Assembly (NCBI GenBank): GCA_963848695.1
Contig: CAWKEI010000010.1
Span: 85,679 to 149,678 of the forward strand
Direction: 5' to 3'
From: an uncultured Acidobacteriota bacterium
GTDB taxonomy: Bacteria > Actinomycetota > Acidimicrobiia > Spongiisociales > ZC4RG35
DNA length: 64,000 bases
In this document: positions 31,470-42,960 of the stretch, one piece after another
Numbering within the stretch: the first letter of the stretch is position 1
Layout: each line of letters opens with the position of its first letter
Made by a program: the position numbers and the translations under genes
Notes under the pieces: model-generated
The model's database searches: none
The model's input: only the letters and a program-made list of their open reading frames with translations
What the model was told of the DNA's origin: nothing

Positions 31470-32310
31470 TAGGACAGAAACCGGTGCGCGGTATCTTCCG
31501 ATCGTGGCTCCAGAACCTTCCCCGATCCGGATCGATGTCTGGTCCGACGTCGCTTGCCCGTGGTGCTACATCGGCAAGCGAAATCTGGAGAGCGGCATCG
31601 CCGGCTTCTCCGAGACGCCTATCGAGGTCGTCTATCACAGCTTCGAGCTGTCTCCTGACACCCCGGTCGAGTTCGCCGGGTCTGAGGTCGAGTTCTTGAT
31701 GAGCCATCGGGGCGTGTCGGCCGAGCAGGCCCAGGCGATGATCGATCGGGTGGTGGGCATTGCCCGGACGGCGGGGCTCGACTACGACTACGAGTCGCTG
31801 CAACATACCAACACCATCAAGGCGCACCAACTTCTCCATTTCGCCAAGGAACGGGGTCTCCAGCTGGAGATGAAGGAGCGGTTGCTCAGCGCCTACTTCG
31901 TCGAGGGACGGCATGTGGGACGGGTTGAGATCTGGCAGATCTCGCCGCCGAGGTCAGGCTCGACCGAGCGGACGTCATGCAGCTCGCTCGAGGCCGATGA
32001 GTACCTACCGGCGGTGCATGCCGACATGGCCCAAGCGCGCCAATACGGGATCAACGGTGTCCCGTTCTTCGTCATCGACGGTCGCTACGGGATCAGCGGA
32101 GCCCAACCACCTGCAGTCTTCGTGGAGGTCTTAATCGGGTCGCCGCCGATCGCGCCGGCCAGCCGGTCTGATTCTCAGGCGCTTGCCAGACCCGCCTTGG
32201 CTCTCTCCACCGGCGGGGCGGCGCAGTTGCAATCGTTGAAGGGATCCTGTGACGGACGGGTATGCAGCCACATCGCCACGATCATCGGGATGAACACGAT
32301 CAGGTTGTAG
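31444..32310 (+). CDS. DsbA/FrnE-like thiol-disulfide oxidoreductase, internal compensated double frameshift
   Basis: IDVWSDVACPWCYIGK (CPWC active site), GINGVPFFVIDGRYGISGAQP. Residues about 31929-31995 read as family-like sequence (DLADLAAEVRLDRADVMQL) only in an alternative frame. Confidence 0.6.
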   Translation, partial: AMTSTYRCNRTETGARYLPIVAPEPSPIRIDVWSDVACPWCYIGKRNLESGIAGFSETPIEVVYHSFELSPDTPVEFAGSEVEFLMSHRGVSAEQAQAMIDRVVGIARTAGLDYDYESLQHTNTIKAHQLLHFAKERGLQLEMKERLLSAYFVEGRHVGRVEIWQISPPRSGSTERTSCSSLEADEYLPAVHADMAQARQYGINGVPFFVIDGRYGISGAQPPAVFVEVLIGSPPIAPASRSDSQALARPALALSTGGAAQLQSLKGSCDGRVCSHIATIIGMNTIRL

Positions 32311-32759
32311 ACCAGGTGCAGCTCCGGTCGGGGGATGAACGGCTGGAGGAAGCTGGTCGGGACCGGGGAGCCGAAGAGGTTGGTCCCGACGATCGCCTGG
32401 ATCTGCAGCGTGCTGTGCTCGATCAGGTGCCAGCCCTGGATGATGGTCGAGGCCAGCCACCAGCCACGGGCGGCGCCGCGGAAGCCGGGGAGCAGGAGCA
32501 CCAGGCCGGTGAACATGATCAGGGCATATCCGAAATGCATCACCTCAGACTTGACCAGCCATGGCCACACGTAACCGAGCGCGCCGAGCGCCTCAGGCCG
32601 CGGCATCTCGAGGATCCAGATCTGGGCGGCCTGGAAGAGGTGCTCGATCCAGTGGAGGACCACGATGGCCAGGTAGATCCACAGCGCTCGCTCGTGCCAC
32701 GGGCCGTTCAGTTTCTGCATGAAGCCCAGCTCCGCGGTCTGCTCAGGTGTCCGAACCAT
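32175..32759 (-). CDS. hypothetical polytopic membrane protein with paired HxIEH motifs
   Basis: Five to six TM helices. LHWIEH and WHLIEH motifs. No family assigned. Confidence 0.4.
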   Translation of the reverse strand: MVRTPEQTAELGFMQKLNGPWHERALWIYLAIVVLHWIEHLFQAAQIWILEMPRPEALGALGYVWPWLVKSEVMHFGYALIMFTGLVLLLPGFRGAARGWWLASTIIQGWHLIEHSTLQIQAIVGTNLFGSPVPTSFLQPFIPRPELHLVYNLIVFIPMIVAMWLHTRPSQDPFNDCNCAAPPVERAKAGLASA

Positions 32760-32781
32760 TCCCTTGTCCTCCCGTGTCTGT

Positions 32782-33306
32782 TCAGCCTTCCAAGCCAACG
32801 TTTCGATACGTGATTGGCCTCCGCCAGGCCTGTGCGGCACGGCCTCCGATCCACCAGGCCACCGCGGTGGCGAGGAATATAGATAACGCGATCAATGCAC
32901 GCATCGGAAGCACCGAGGTGAGTGGCGCCGGGATCAAAACATTCGGCGTGCTCCATGACTCCCCGCCGTCGGAGACAGTGACGGTCACGATGTCGTCGGT
33001 TTCCACTCCGGTCGCAGTTTCCCAGGCGCCCGGGCTGGTCATCGAGGGCATCATCTCGACACTCTCCGCATCGACCGTTGCGGTGATCACAGCATCCGGG
33101 CCGGCCGGCGCGTCGTCGAACATCACGATGAGGTGCGGGGTCATTGCCGACCCGACATCCGGGTAGACCTGCCAGAGCGAAACGGTGTAGGGACCGAGCG
33201 GGGCATGGCGGAGGAGGGGGCGGGCGTCGTGGTCGCCGTGGCCAAGCGCAGGCAGGGGGATGGCCAGCAGCACGACGATCGCCAGGGTTCGGAAGGCCAC
33301 CTTCAT
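32782..33306 (-). CDS. hypothetical secreted protein (signal peptide, C-terminal TM anchor, His-rich mature N-terminus)
   Basis: Signal peptide ...PLPALG then HGDHD (mature protein probably begins with His). Acidic beta-rich middle, C-terminal TM helix. Confidence 0.4.
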   Translation of the reverse strand: MKVAFRTLAIVVLLAIPLPALGHGDHDARPLLRHAPLGPYTVSLWQVYPDVGSAMTPHLIVMFDDAPAGPDAVITATVDAESVEMMPSMTSPGAWETATGVETDDIVTVTVSDGGESWSTPNVLIPAPLTSVLPMRALIALSIFLATAVAWWIGGRAAQAWRRPITYRNVGLEG

Positions 33307-33408
33307 GCGGCGGGTGACTCTAACGCTGCACTAAGCCATCTCCCAGCGATGGGGGGAGAAACGGCGCCTCCTACGTCGAGGAAGCGGTACCTACAATCCC
33401 GCCCCCCT

Positions 33409-35496
<2,088 letters not shown>

Positions 35497-35545
35497 GTGA
35501 TACGACTGAGATTCCGCCCCGTTCGACCTGAGGGCATGTCCCCGC

Positions 35546-36778
35546 ATGACTGAAATAACTCTCATCCGCCACGCCGAGTCGCAGGCGAACATCGACGGTG
35601 TCTGGAACGGCCAGATCGACGGGCCGCTCAGCTCGGCAGGGGAGGCCAGCCTCGACGCGATCGGCAAACGGCTTCACGACCGAAAATTCGATGTCGTGAT
35701 GTGCTCCCCCCTGGAGCGCGCTCAACGCACTGCTGTATCCTTCACCTCCGACTTCGAGATCTGGGATCAGTTGGCCGAGCTCGACATCGGTCGATGGGAG
35801 GGCAAGTCCAGGGAGCAGATCTTCTCCGAGGACGGCGACTACCTGAAAGAGGCGATCCGCGACCGCCGGCTCCCGATGGGGAAGAACGGGGAGAGCCTCG
35901 AGGACTTGCACCGGCGTGCCACCGGGGCCATCGACGCTCTTGCCGCCGATATCGGTGAGGAGGGTCGGGCGGCCGTGGTCACCCACGGCGGCTTCATCCA
36001 GGAGGTCCTGCAACGCCATCTGGCCAACCGGGGTCACCGGGTGCACAGCTTCGCCGGCAACACGTCTCTAACCAGGCTGGTCTGGTCCTTCGATCGCCCC
36101 CGTCTCGCGGGCTTCAACGACCTAGCCCATTTCGGGCCACGCCCCACCGCCGTGAGCGAGCATCTGGAGAACGGTGAGCCGGTACTGGCGCTGGTCCGCC
36201 ACGGCCAGACCCGGGCCAACACCGAGGGGCGGTGGCAGGGTCAAGGAGACTGGGGTCTCGACGATCTCGGGCATCGCCAGGCGCGAGCATTGCGCGATTG
36301 GTATGGCACGGCCGAAACCGTCTACACGTCGCCGTTGGGGCGCGCCCTCTCCACCGCGGAGTACGTCGCCTCAAATGGGATGACCACCCTCGACGGCCTC
36401 AAGGAGCTCGACATGGGCAAATGGGAGGGCCTCACCTCGGACGAGATCTACGAGACCTGGCCCGACCTGATGAGCACGATCTATCGCGATGGGGTCGACC
36501 TGAAGCGAGGCGAGACCGGGGAGAGCTGGGGAGAGCTCACCGGCCGCTTCCGGGCGGCGATCCATGGCCTCGAGCCGGTCACTGGGGAGCCGACACTGGT
36601 GGTGGCCCACGGCGGGGCGATCCGGGCCTACGTTTCCTCTCTGACCACCACATCGGACTCACACTCCGAGTCGCTGTACACCCCGGCCAACACCGCCGTC
36701 ACCCATGTGGCGCTCACCCCCGACGGCCCTCTCCTCCTGGACTACGCCGTTTCGGCCCATCTCGAAGGCCTCTCCTAG
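35546..36778 (+). CDS. histidine phosphatase family protein (tandem PGM-like domains)
   Basis: Two RHG-type catalytic motifs, LIRHAESQAN and LVRHGQTRAN. Confidence 0.7.
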   Translation: MTEITLIRHAESQANIDGVWNGQIDGPLSSAGEASLDAIGKRLHDRKFDVVMCSPLERAQRTAVSFTSDFEIWDQLAELDIGRWEGKSREQIFSEDGDYLKEAIRDRRLPMGKNGESLEDLHRRATGAIDALAADIGEEGRAAVVTHGGFIQEVLQRHLANRGHRVHSFAGNTSLTRLVWSFDRPRLAGFNDLAHFGPRPTAVSEHLENGEPVLALVRHGQTRANTEGRWQGQGDWGLDDLGHRQARALRDWYGTAETVYTSPLGRALSTAEYVASNGMTTLDGLKELDMGKWEGLTSDEIYETWPDLMSTIYRDGVDLKRGETGESWGELTGRFRAAIHGLEPVTGEPTLVVAHGGAIRAYVSSLTTTSDSHSESLYTPANTAVTHVALTPDGPLLLDYAVSAHLEGLS

Positions 36779-36788
36779 CCTCCCGTCG

Positions 36789-37379
36789 ATGTCCGATTAC
36801 GACTCACGTCGTTACGCGCTGGTCAACCGTTGGGATCCGTCCCATCTCAAACGGATCGACCGATTGCTGCCCTTGCGGCCGGGTGAGCGGGTGCTGGAGG
36901 TCGGTTGCGGCCAGGGGCATCTCACCACTCGGCTCGCCGCCAGAGGGATCGACGTGATCGGGATCGACGCCAACCCCAATGCCCCCGAAGTCTCCGGGTC
37001 CGATCGGGTGGTGCACATGATGGCCGAGAACCTCGGTTTTGATGACGGCGAGTTCGATGCCGTTCTCTCGGTCCACGCCATCGAGCACATCCCCCAGCTC
37101 GACGAGGCGGCTTCGGAGATGGCCAGGGTGCTCAAGCCGGGAGGAAGAGCCCTGCACATCTATCCCGCCGAGCCGATTCAGGGCCTGTTCGCCATCCCCA
37201 CCTCGGTGATCCTCTACGGGACTCCGTTGAAAGCGACGACGGTCCATTGCCACCGATTGACACCTTCGAAGGTTCGCCGTCTGATGGAGCCGAATGGGCT
37301 AACCGAGACCCATCACGAGTTCAACTTGTTCAAGTCACCCCAGTTCATCTCTCGTTTCTCCAAGGACGGAAAGGTCTAG
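36789..37379 (+). CDS. class I SAM-dependent methyltransferase
   Basis: Motif I VLEVGCGQG. Post-I acidic residues IDVIGIDAN. Confidence 0.7.
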   Translation: MSDYDSRRYALVNRWDPSHLKRIDRLLPLRPGERVLEVGCGQGHLTTRLAARGIDVIGIDANPNAPEVSGSDRVVHMMAENLGFDDGEFDAVLSVHAIEHIPQLDEAASEMARVLKPGGRALHIYPAEPIQGLFAIPTSVILYGTPLKATTVHCHRLTPSKVRRLMEPNGLTETHHEFNLFKSPQFISRFSKDGKV

Positions 37380-37382
37380 GCG

Positions 37383-38036
37383 GTGTTCACCTGTCAGACC
37401 TGTGGGCGGGAGTTCGAATTGAGCCAATCGGTGCTCGATCGCTATCCCGGTTGGGTCCCTCGCCAATGCATGGATTGCCGGGATGGCAGTGGGCGCTCCG
37501 CCACGTCGAGCGGGCCGGCCCGCAGCCCGAAGCCGGCGAGCCGTACCAAGACCAGGGATCTCACCGTTGCCGAAGTCCTCGCTTCCTTCACCGACGGCCC
37601 TGAGAGCGGGGTCTTCACCGACGGCGCCTCCGAGGGCAATCCCGGGCCGGGAGGCTGGGGCGCGGTGTATGTCGTCGACGGGGAGGTGGTCGATGAAGCG
37701 CAAGGCGCCGACCCGCACACCACGAACAACAAGATGGAGCTGACCGCCTTGATCGCAGGGCTCCGCATGATCCCTCCCGACACCCCGGTCGACGTGTACA
37801 CCGACTCCCAGCTGATCGTCAACATCCTGACCCAGTGGGCGGCCGGCTGGGAGGCGCGTGGTTGGACGAAGAAGTCATCCGGCCCGATTGCCAACCTCGA
37901 CCTGGTCAAGGAGGCCTATGCCCTCCATAAGCAACGGCCGAATGCCCGCATCCAGTGGATCAAAGCGCACAGCGGCTACCGGTGGAACGAGTACGCCGAC
38001 GCCCTGGCCACTTCGTATCGCCGCCAGGTGCACTAG
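37383..38036 (+). CDS. rnhA: ribonuclease HI with N-terminal zinc ribbon
   Basis: CxxC...CxxC N-terminus. RNase H core TDGASEGNPGPGGWGAV...ELTALIAGL...VYTDSQLIVN...WIKAHSG...NEYADALA, with DEDD catalytic residues. Confidence 0.8.
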   Translation: MFTCQTCGREFELSQSVLDRYPGWVPRQCMDCRDGSGRSATSSGPARSPKPASRTKTRDLTVAEVLASFTDGPESGVFTDGASEGNPGPGGWGAVYVVDGEVVDEAQGADPHTTNNKMELTALIAGLRMIPPDTPVDVYTDSQLIVNILTQWAAGWEARGWTKKSSGPIANLDLVKEAYALHKQRPNARIQWIKAHSGYRWNEYADALATSYRRQVH

Positions 38037-39037
38037 TGCCCAAGCCCCTCGTGGACGCGGAGTATCTCCGGGACTGGGGCAAACACACCCACGGGTCGCC
38101 CCTCTACTCCGAATTGGTCGAGGTGGTCGCCGGAGATCTCGAGCTGCTCCGGGTGATGAACCGGATCGAGCACCTCCCACCACCCAATCTCATGTTCGCC
38201 GCCGTCCAGTGCCTGCTCATGGACGGTTCGGGCGACCCGCTATCCCGGTATTACCGCTCGGTGGTTTCCAATCCGCGACCACCGGAAGGGGTCGGCCCGG
38301 AGTTCCGCCGGTTCGTCCTCGATCACGAGGAGGAGATCGTGGTGATGGGCAACACCCGCTTCACCCAGACCAACGAGTGCCGGCGGTGCGTCGCCCTCCT
38401 CCCGATGGTGATGATGTCGGGGTTCGAGTCATTCCACCTGATCGATGTCGGTGCCAGCGCCGGGCTCAATCTGGCTCTGGACCTATACGGGTATCGGTGG
38501 GACGGCGTGGAATTCCACGCCGACTCGGACTTGGTCCTGGAGGCGGAATCCCGCGGCGGGTCGGTGCAGGTGCACGAGATCGAAGTGCTCAGTCGCATCG
38601 GGCTCGATCTCAACCCTCTCGACCCGTCTGACGAAGACGCCCGTCGCTGGCTCGAGGCGCTGATTTGGCCCGAGCGTGTCGAGCGGCGACAGCGGCTCAG
38701 GGCCGCCCTCGAGATGATGGCGGGGCTCGAGATCGAGATGATCGGTGGGGACGCACTCGAGACTCTTCCCGGCGCTCTCGACCGGCTGCCTCGAAGCGAC
38801 CCGGCCGTTGTGATGAGCTCCTTCGCCCTCAATCAGTTCGACAAGGCGGGAAGAGGGCGGCTGGAGTCGACGGTGTCGGAGGCACGTGCGGCGGGGAGGC
38901 CGATCTATCGGGTGTCGATGGAGGTGCTCCACAAGGCGGACGACTGGGCCCAGCTGGTGGTCGACGATGGATCCGGTGCTGTCACGGTGGGTCAGGCGCA
39001 TCCCCACGGGGAGTGGGTCGAGTTGTTCCCGGTCTAG
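38036..39037 (+). CDS. DUF2332-like hypothetical protein
   Basis: About 330 aa soluble protein. Assignment from recalled family pattern, low certainty. GTG start overlaps the rnhA stop. Confidence 0.4.
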   Translation: MPKPLVDAEYLRDWGKHTHGSPLYSELVEVVAGDLELLRVMNRIEHLPPPNLMFAAVQCLLMDGSGDPLSRYYRSVVSNPRPPEGVGPEFRRFVLDHEEEIVVMGNTRFTQTNECRRCVALLPMVMMSGFESFHLIDVGASAGLNLALDLYGYRWDGVEFHADSDLVLEAESRGGSVQVHEIEVLSRIGLDLNPLDPSDEDARRWLEALIWPERVERRQRLRAALEMMAGLEIEMIGGDALETLPGALDRLPRSDPAVVMSSFALNQFDKAGRGRLESTVSEARAAGRPIYRVSMEVLHKADDWAQLVVDDGSGAVTVGQAHPHGEWVELFPV

Positions 39038-39738
39038 GCCCGCCCGTACACCGGGATCTCGGCGCCGTTGATCACGCCGGAGTCGTCGCTGAGCAGAAAG
39101 TGCGCCACGGCTGCGATCTCGTCCGGGGTCGGCCAGGTCACGTAGTCGGCGTAGGGGAGTGACCGACGAGTGGCGGCGGTGTCGATGACCGAAGGAAGCA
39201 GGACGTTGGCGGTCACCCCAGTGCCTTCGAGCTCCTGAGCGATGGACCTGGTCAGCGCCACCACACCCGACTTAGCCACATTGAACGCGGCCTGGCCGGT
39301 CGGGAAGTCGACCGTGGCGCGGCTCCCCACGGTCACGATTCGCCCCCAGCCGGCCTCGACCAGATACGGCGCAGCGGCGCGCACCGAATAGAAGGTGGAG
39401 CGCAGGTTCAGGTCGATCATTCGCTCGAACCTGACATCGTCGGTCTCGCCGACATCCCGCCCGCCGGCCCATCCGCCCACGAGGGCGACAAGGCCGTGCA
39501 AGGCCCCCCACCGGTCGGCGACGCTCTTCATGAAGGTGTTGACCGCTTCGGCGTTAGTGGCGTCCACGCGCACCAGGAGAACCCGGTCCTCGTCGATGTC
39601 GAACTCCTGCTCGAATTGCTCGGCTTCATCGGGAAGCAAGTAGGTGATCGCCAGCCGGTAGTCCTCGTAGATGAGGCGGCGCACCAGGGCGGTGCCGAGC
39701 CCGCCGGTGCCACCGGTGATCACAAGTGTCTTTTCCAT
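39034..39738 (-). CDS. SDR-family oxidoreductase
   Basis: TGGTGGLG cofactor motif. Catalytic region contains NVAKSGV. Confidence 0.8.
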   Translation of the reverse strand: MEKTLVITGGTGGLGTALVRRLIYEDYRLAITYLLPDEAEQFEQEFDIDEDRVLLVRVDATNAEAVNTFMKSVADRWGALHGLVALVGGWAGGRDVGETDDVRFERMIDLNLRSTFYSVRAAAPYLVEAGWGRIVTVGSRATVDFPTGQAAFNVAKSGVVALTRSIAQELEGTGVTANVLLPSVIDTAATRRSLPYADYVTWPTPDEIAAVAHFLLSDDSGVINGAEIPVYGRA

Positions 39739-39866
39739 CTCCCGTGCTCCTCTCCCACTCTACGGGCAGCTTCGACACCTACGCCAGAGAATCCAGAGAT
39801 CGGGTAGTTCGGCTCTAGCGCCAAGCCACCGGGCGCCAGGATGCGATAGGAATGGAGGTGTCGTCG

Positions 39867-40349
39867 ATGACGATCGAATACATCCACGCCTCGAAATTCG
39901 GAAACGGGGCGATGGTCGCCGAGGAGGTCAAGGACCGAATGGCCGCCGAAGGGATCACGGTCAACGTCCATCACATCCGCGAGCTGCGGCCGAACCAGCT
40001 ACCCCCGGCCGATCTCTACATGTTCAGCTCGCCGGGTCGGTTCGGCAAGCCCATCTCCAGCATGCGCCGCTTCCTGATGAAGCTGGACTTACCGGCAGGC
40101 ACGAGGTACGCCCTCCTCACCACGGAGTTAGGACCGAAGCCCGACGAGAAAACCGAAACCAAGCCCAGCACCGAGGAACAGGACAAATGGCAGCGGGTTA
40201 TCCCCGTGATGAACGAGATCCTCCAGGGCAAGGGCCTCGTCGAAGTGGCGGAAGGCAAGGTGCTGGTGACCGGGATCAAGGGGCCGCTGGAGGAGGGCTG
40301 GCGGGACAAGGTGGCGGCCTTTCTCACCCGCATCACCGTTTCATCTTGA
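39867..40349 (+). CDS. flavodoxin-like fold protein
   Basis: MTIEYIHASKFGNG..., about 160 aa with alpha/beta pattern. Weak assignment. Confidence 0.35.
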   Translation: MTIEYIHASKFGNGAMVAEEVKDRMAAEGITVNVHHIRELRPNQLPPADLYMFSSPGRFGKPISSMRRFLMKLDLPAGTRYALLTTELGPKPDEKTETKPSTEEQDKWQRVIPVMNEILQGKGLVEVAEGKVLVTGIKGPLEEGWRDKVAAFLTRITVSS

Positions 40350-40973
40350 TGCCGCCATCCTCGCCGGGCCGGCGTATCAATAGGCTGGTGAGCCATGCGC
40401 CACTGGGGTGGCTGCGCGCCGACTCGAGGTCGGCGACGGTGTCGATGTCATGGAGCAGGCCGGTGCGGGTGATGATCGCCGCTTCCGGGCATCGGGCGAG
40501 GTGGCGATGGAAGCTGCCCGGCCCATAGGAGAACGCCAACGGGCCGGAGTCCCGAGGGCCGAAGTCCCACCGTCGGCCGAAGGAGCGATCACGGCGCCGT
40601 GACGAGACAGCGCCTCGTCCAGCTCTTCCAGCTCATATTTGGTGAGGAGGGGAAGATCGGCGTGGATGACGATCCAATCGCTGGCCGCTTCGCCCGCCCA
40701 TTCGGCCCCAACCCCGGCGGCACCGTCGAGCCCGCCAGCCTGGTCCGGGATCGAAGGGAATCCCTGGAGCAAGGCCCACTCCGCGACCTCAGGGTCACCG
40801 GCGACCAGCACCGGGATGAGACCGGCCTCGACCGCGAGTGCCGCGGTGCGCTCGGCGAAGGCGCGGCCCAGGCTCGAGCGTGCCCCTCCCGAAAGAGCAT
40901 CCGCCATCCGACCCTTGCCCAGTCGAAACGACTTGACCGGGAGGATGGCGACGGTCGGCACTGTGATGCCTAC
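40333..40973 (-). CDS. cofC: 2-phospho-L-lactate guanylyltransferase (CofC-like), apparent 1-nt frameshift near 40555-40565
   Basis: VAILPVKSFRLGKGRMA...IHADLPLL...APSADGGTSAL in one frame. C-terminal FSYGPGSFHRH...IDTVADLE in the adjacent frame. Confidence 0.5.
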
Positions 40974-41058
40974 GTTTCTAGCACGGGTGACAGAGAGAAA
41001 AGGAGGATGGCCCGACCGGTGTTCCAACCCAACCGAGCCTCCCTTATCGGCCCTTCCC

Positions 41059-41283
41059 CTAGCTTCTGTAAGAGAGGAGTTCGCCTGGCTGGCACCCAAG
41101 GAACTCGCATAGCGCCGAGAGGGTGGAGAAGCGGATCGCCCGGGCCCGGCCGTTCTTCAGAATGGAGAGGTTGACGATGGTGATGTCGACCGCATCTGCC
41201 AGCTCGGTAAGGGTCATTCCTCGACTCGCCAGCAACTCATCCAAATGCACCACGATGTTGTAATCGGCTTCGGCAGGAGCCAT
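41059..41283 (-). CDS. XRE-family HTH transcriptional regulator
   Basis: 74 aa, with the Cro/C1 HTH segment LASRGMTLTELADAVDITIVNLSILKNG. Confidence 0.7.
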   Translation of the reverse strand: MAPAEADYNIVVHLDELLASRGMTLTELADAVDITIVNLSILKNGRARAIRFSTLSALCEFLGCQPGELLSYRS

Positions 41284-41288
41284 CTCGG

Positions 41289-41906
41289 TTAGACCGTGGC
41301 TTCGACGTCTTCGCGCAGCCCAATGCCGTATCGAAAGACTTCTGCGAGAACCAACATGCAGAGTCCGCCCAGGATCGCGCCCAAAGAAATGATTGGGAAG
41401 CCTATGACCAAGCCATCAGCTAGCTCAGGACTGTGCTCGTTTGAGAAGAACCAGTTTGTGAAGAAGCCCCCGATGATCACTGCGAGTGGATAGCCGATCA
41501 ATAGGAGCACGCCGATCCAACGTAAGCGCCGCACGTTTGTTTGGTGGAACGGATTGCCCCGTCTGATCGAGGCGGCGACCCTTTGGATCAACCAGAGGAC
41601 ACCGACGACCAGAAGAAAGTCGGCGGCCCTCGACCCGACCAACAGAAGAAACTGGGAAATAGGAGGATCATCCATCGTGACGCGAACCGGCAGTACCCCG
41701 GCAACCTCCCACCCGTCAGGAAGAGACACAGGTGATTCCACCGACACTGTCGTCTCCATCGCCACTTGAAGTTCCCCGTTCGCCGCCTGCACACCGCTGA
41801 GAACAAGCCACACCACAGCCGGCAAGATCACCAGCCCCAAGGCAATGCACGCGATTAGCCAGGCACTCCAAGCGCCACGAAAGCCGATGGTTGCTGTCAC
41901 TCTCAA
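41289..41906 (-). CDS. DUF2975-like membrane protein
   Basis: Four TM helices. Placed directly 3' of the small XRE regulator with a 6-nt gap, a conserved pairing. Confidence 0.45.
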   Translation of the reverse strand: MRVTATIGFRGAWSAWLIACIALGLVILPAVVWLVLSGVQAANGELQVAMETTVSVESPVSLPDGWEVAGVLPVRVTMDDPPISQFLLLVGSRAADFLLVVGVLWLIQRVAASIRRGNPFHQTNVRRLRWIGVLLLIGYPLAVIIGGFFTNWFFSNEHSPELADGLVIGFPIISLGAILGGLCMLVLAEVFRYGIGLREDVEATV

Positions 41907-41995
41907 CTCCTCATCTACCTATCGAATAGCGATAATAACGATTATCGATAAGATGTCAAGAGATGAGCGACGCAGCTAGGTGGCGGTGACCCGGA

Positions 41996-42436
41996 TCAGG
42001 GGACGACCATCACCGGGACCGGCGAGTGATGACAGAGGCGATCGGCGACGCTTCCCAGCATCACCCGCTCCGCCAGGCCCGCCCCCCGCTTGCCGATGAC
42101 GATGAGCCCTGCATCGCGCTCCTCGGCTACCGCGATGAGCCTGGAGGTCGGGTCGCCGAGCTCCTCGGCTGTCTCGTAATCGACGCCGTCGAGACCGAGA
42201 TGCTCCTCGGTCTCTTTGAGGACCTGCTGTTGGCCCTCGACCAGAGCAGCCGACAGTGCCTCGGGTGTGGGAGGTGCGCCACCGATACCCCACCAGCCTT
42301 CCGGCGGCCGCACGACGGTGACCAACACCAGCTTGGCTTGCCGGGAACGCGCGATCTCGGCGGCGATCTCGGCCGCGCGTATGCTCGTCTCCGAGCCATC
42401 GACGCCAACGACGATTGCTTTCGGGTTCCAATCCAT
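41996..42436 (-). CDS. universal stress protein
   Basis: 146 aa. KAIVVGVDGSETS...GLIVIGKRGAGLAERVMLGSVADRLCHHSPVPVMVV includes the UspA ATP-binding motif. Confidence 0.8.
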   Translation of the reverse strand: MDWNPKAIVVGVDGSETSIRAAEIAAEIARSRQAKLVLVTVVRPPEGWWGIGGAPPTPEALSAALVEGQQQVLKETEEHLGLDGVDYETAEELGDPTSRLIAVAEERDAGLIVIGKRGAGLAERVMLGSVADRLCHHSPVPVMVVP

Positions 42437-42490
42437 CTGCTCTGATACCTCCGCGATAGACCATACGCAGGTTCTCCGAGGCCGGCGCCG

Positions 42491-42946
42491 TCAGAAAAGG
42501 GTGGCGTTGATCAGATGGCCGATGGCCAGTGCCCACACCCCCGCCACCAGGTCGTCGAGAACGATCCCGGTGCCACCCCCCATGGAGTCGGCCTGTAGGA
42601 CGCCTGGGAACGGTCGTTTGGTGATGTCGGCGACGCGGAACATCACGAAAGCGACTATCGCCGGCCATCCCAACAACCCGATCGTGGAGACGAAGGTGCC
42701 TGCCCCTTCGTCGATCACGATCCAGCCTGCGTCACCCGCCTCTGCTGCGACGGCGGACGATGACCAGAGGGCGGCCGCGGTAAGAGCCGCGGTTGCCACC
42801 AGCTGTCCCGGCCATCCCCATGTCTCGCCAATGAGGAGGCTGAAGGGAAGCGCCACCAGACCACCGATGGTCCCTGACCCTGCATCCGACCCACGCACCC
42901 TCCGCAGGATCAAACCGGCGCCGAACATGGAGGCCACGAGTCGGTG
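42491..42946 (-). CDS. pgpA: phosphatidylglycerophosphatase A
   Basis: SMFGAGL...GSGTIGGLVA...IVIDEGAGTF...DITKRPFPG pattern of PgpA. Confidence 0.65.
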   Translation of the reverse strand, partial: HRLVASMFGAGLILRRVRGSDAGSGTIGGLVALPFSLLIGETWGWPGQLVATAALTAAALWSSSAVAAEAGDAGWIVIDEGAGTFVSTIGLLGWPAIVAFVMFRVADITKRPFPGVLQADSMGGGTGIVLDDLVAGVWALAIGHLINATLF

Positions 42947-42960
42947 CATCGGCGTCGAGG

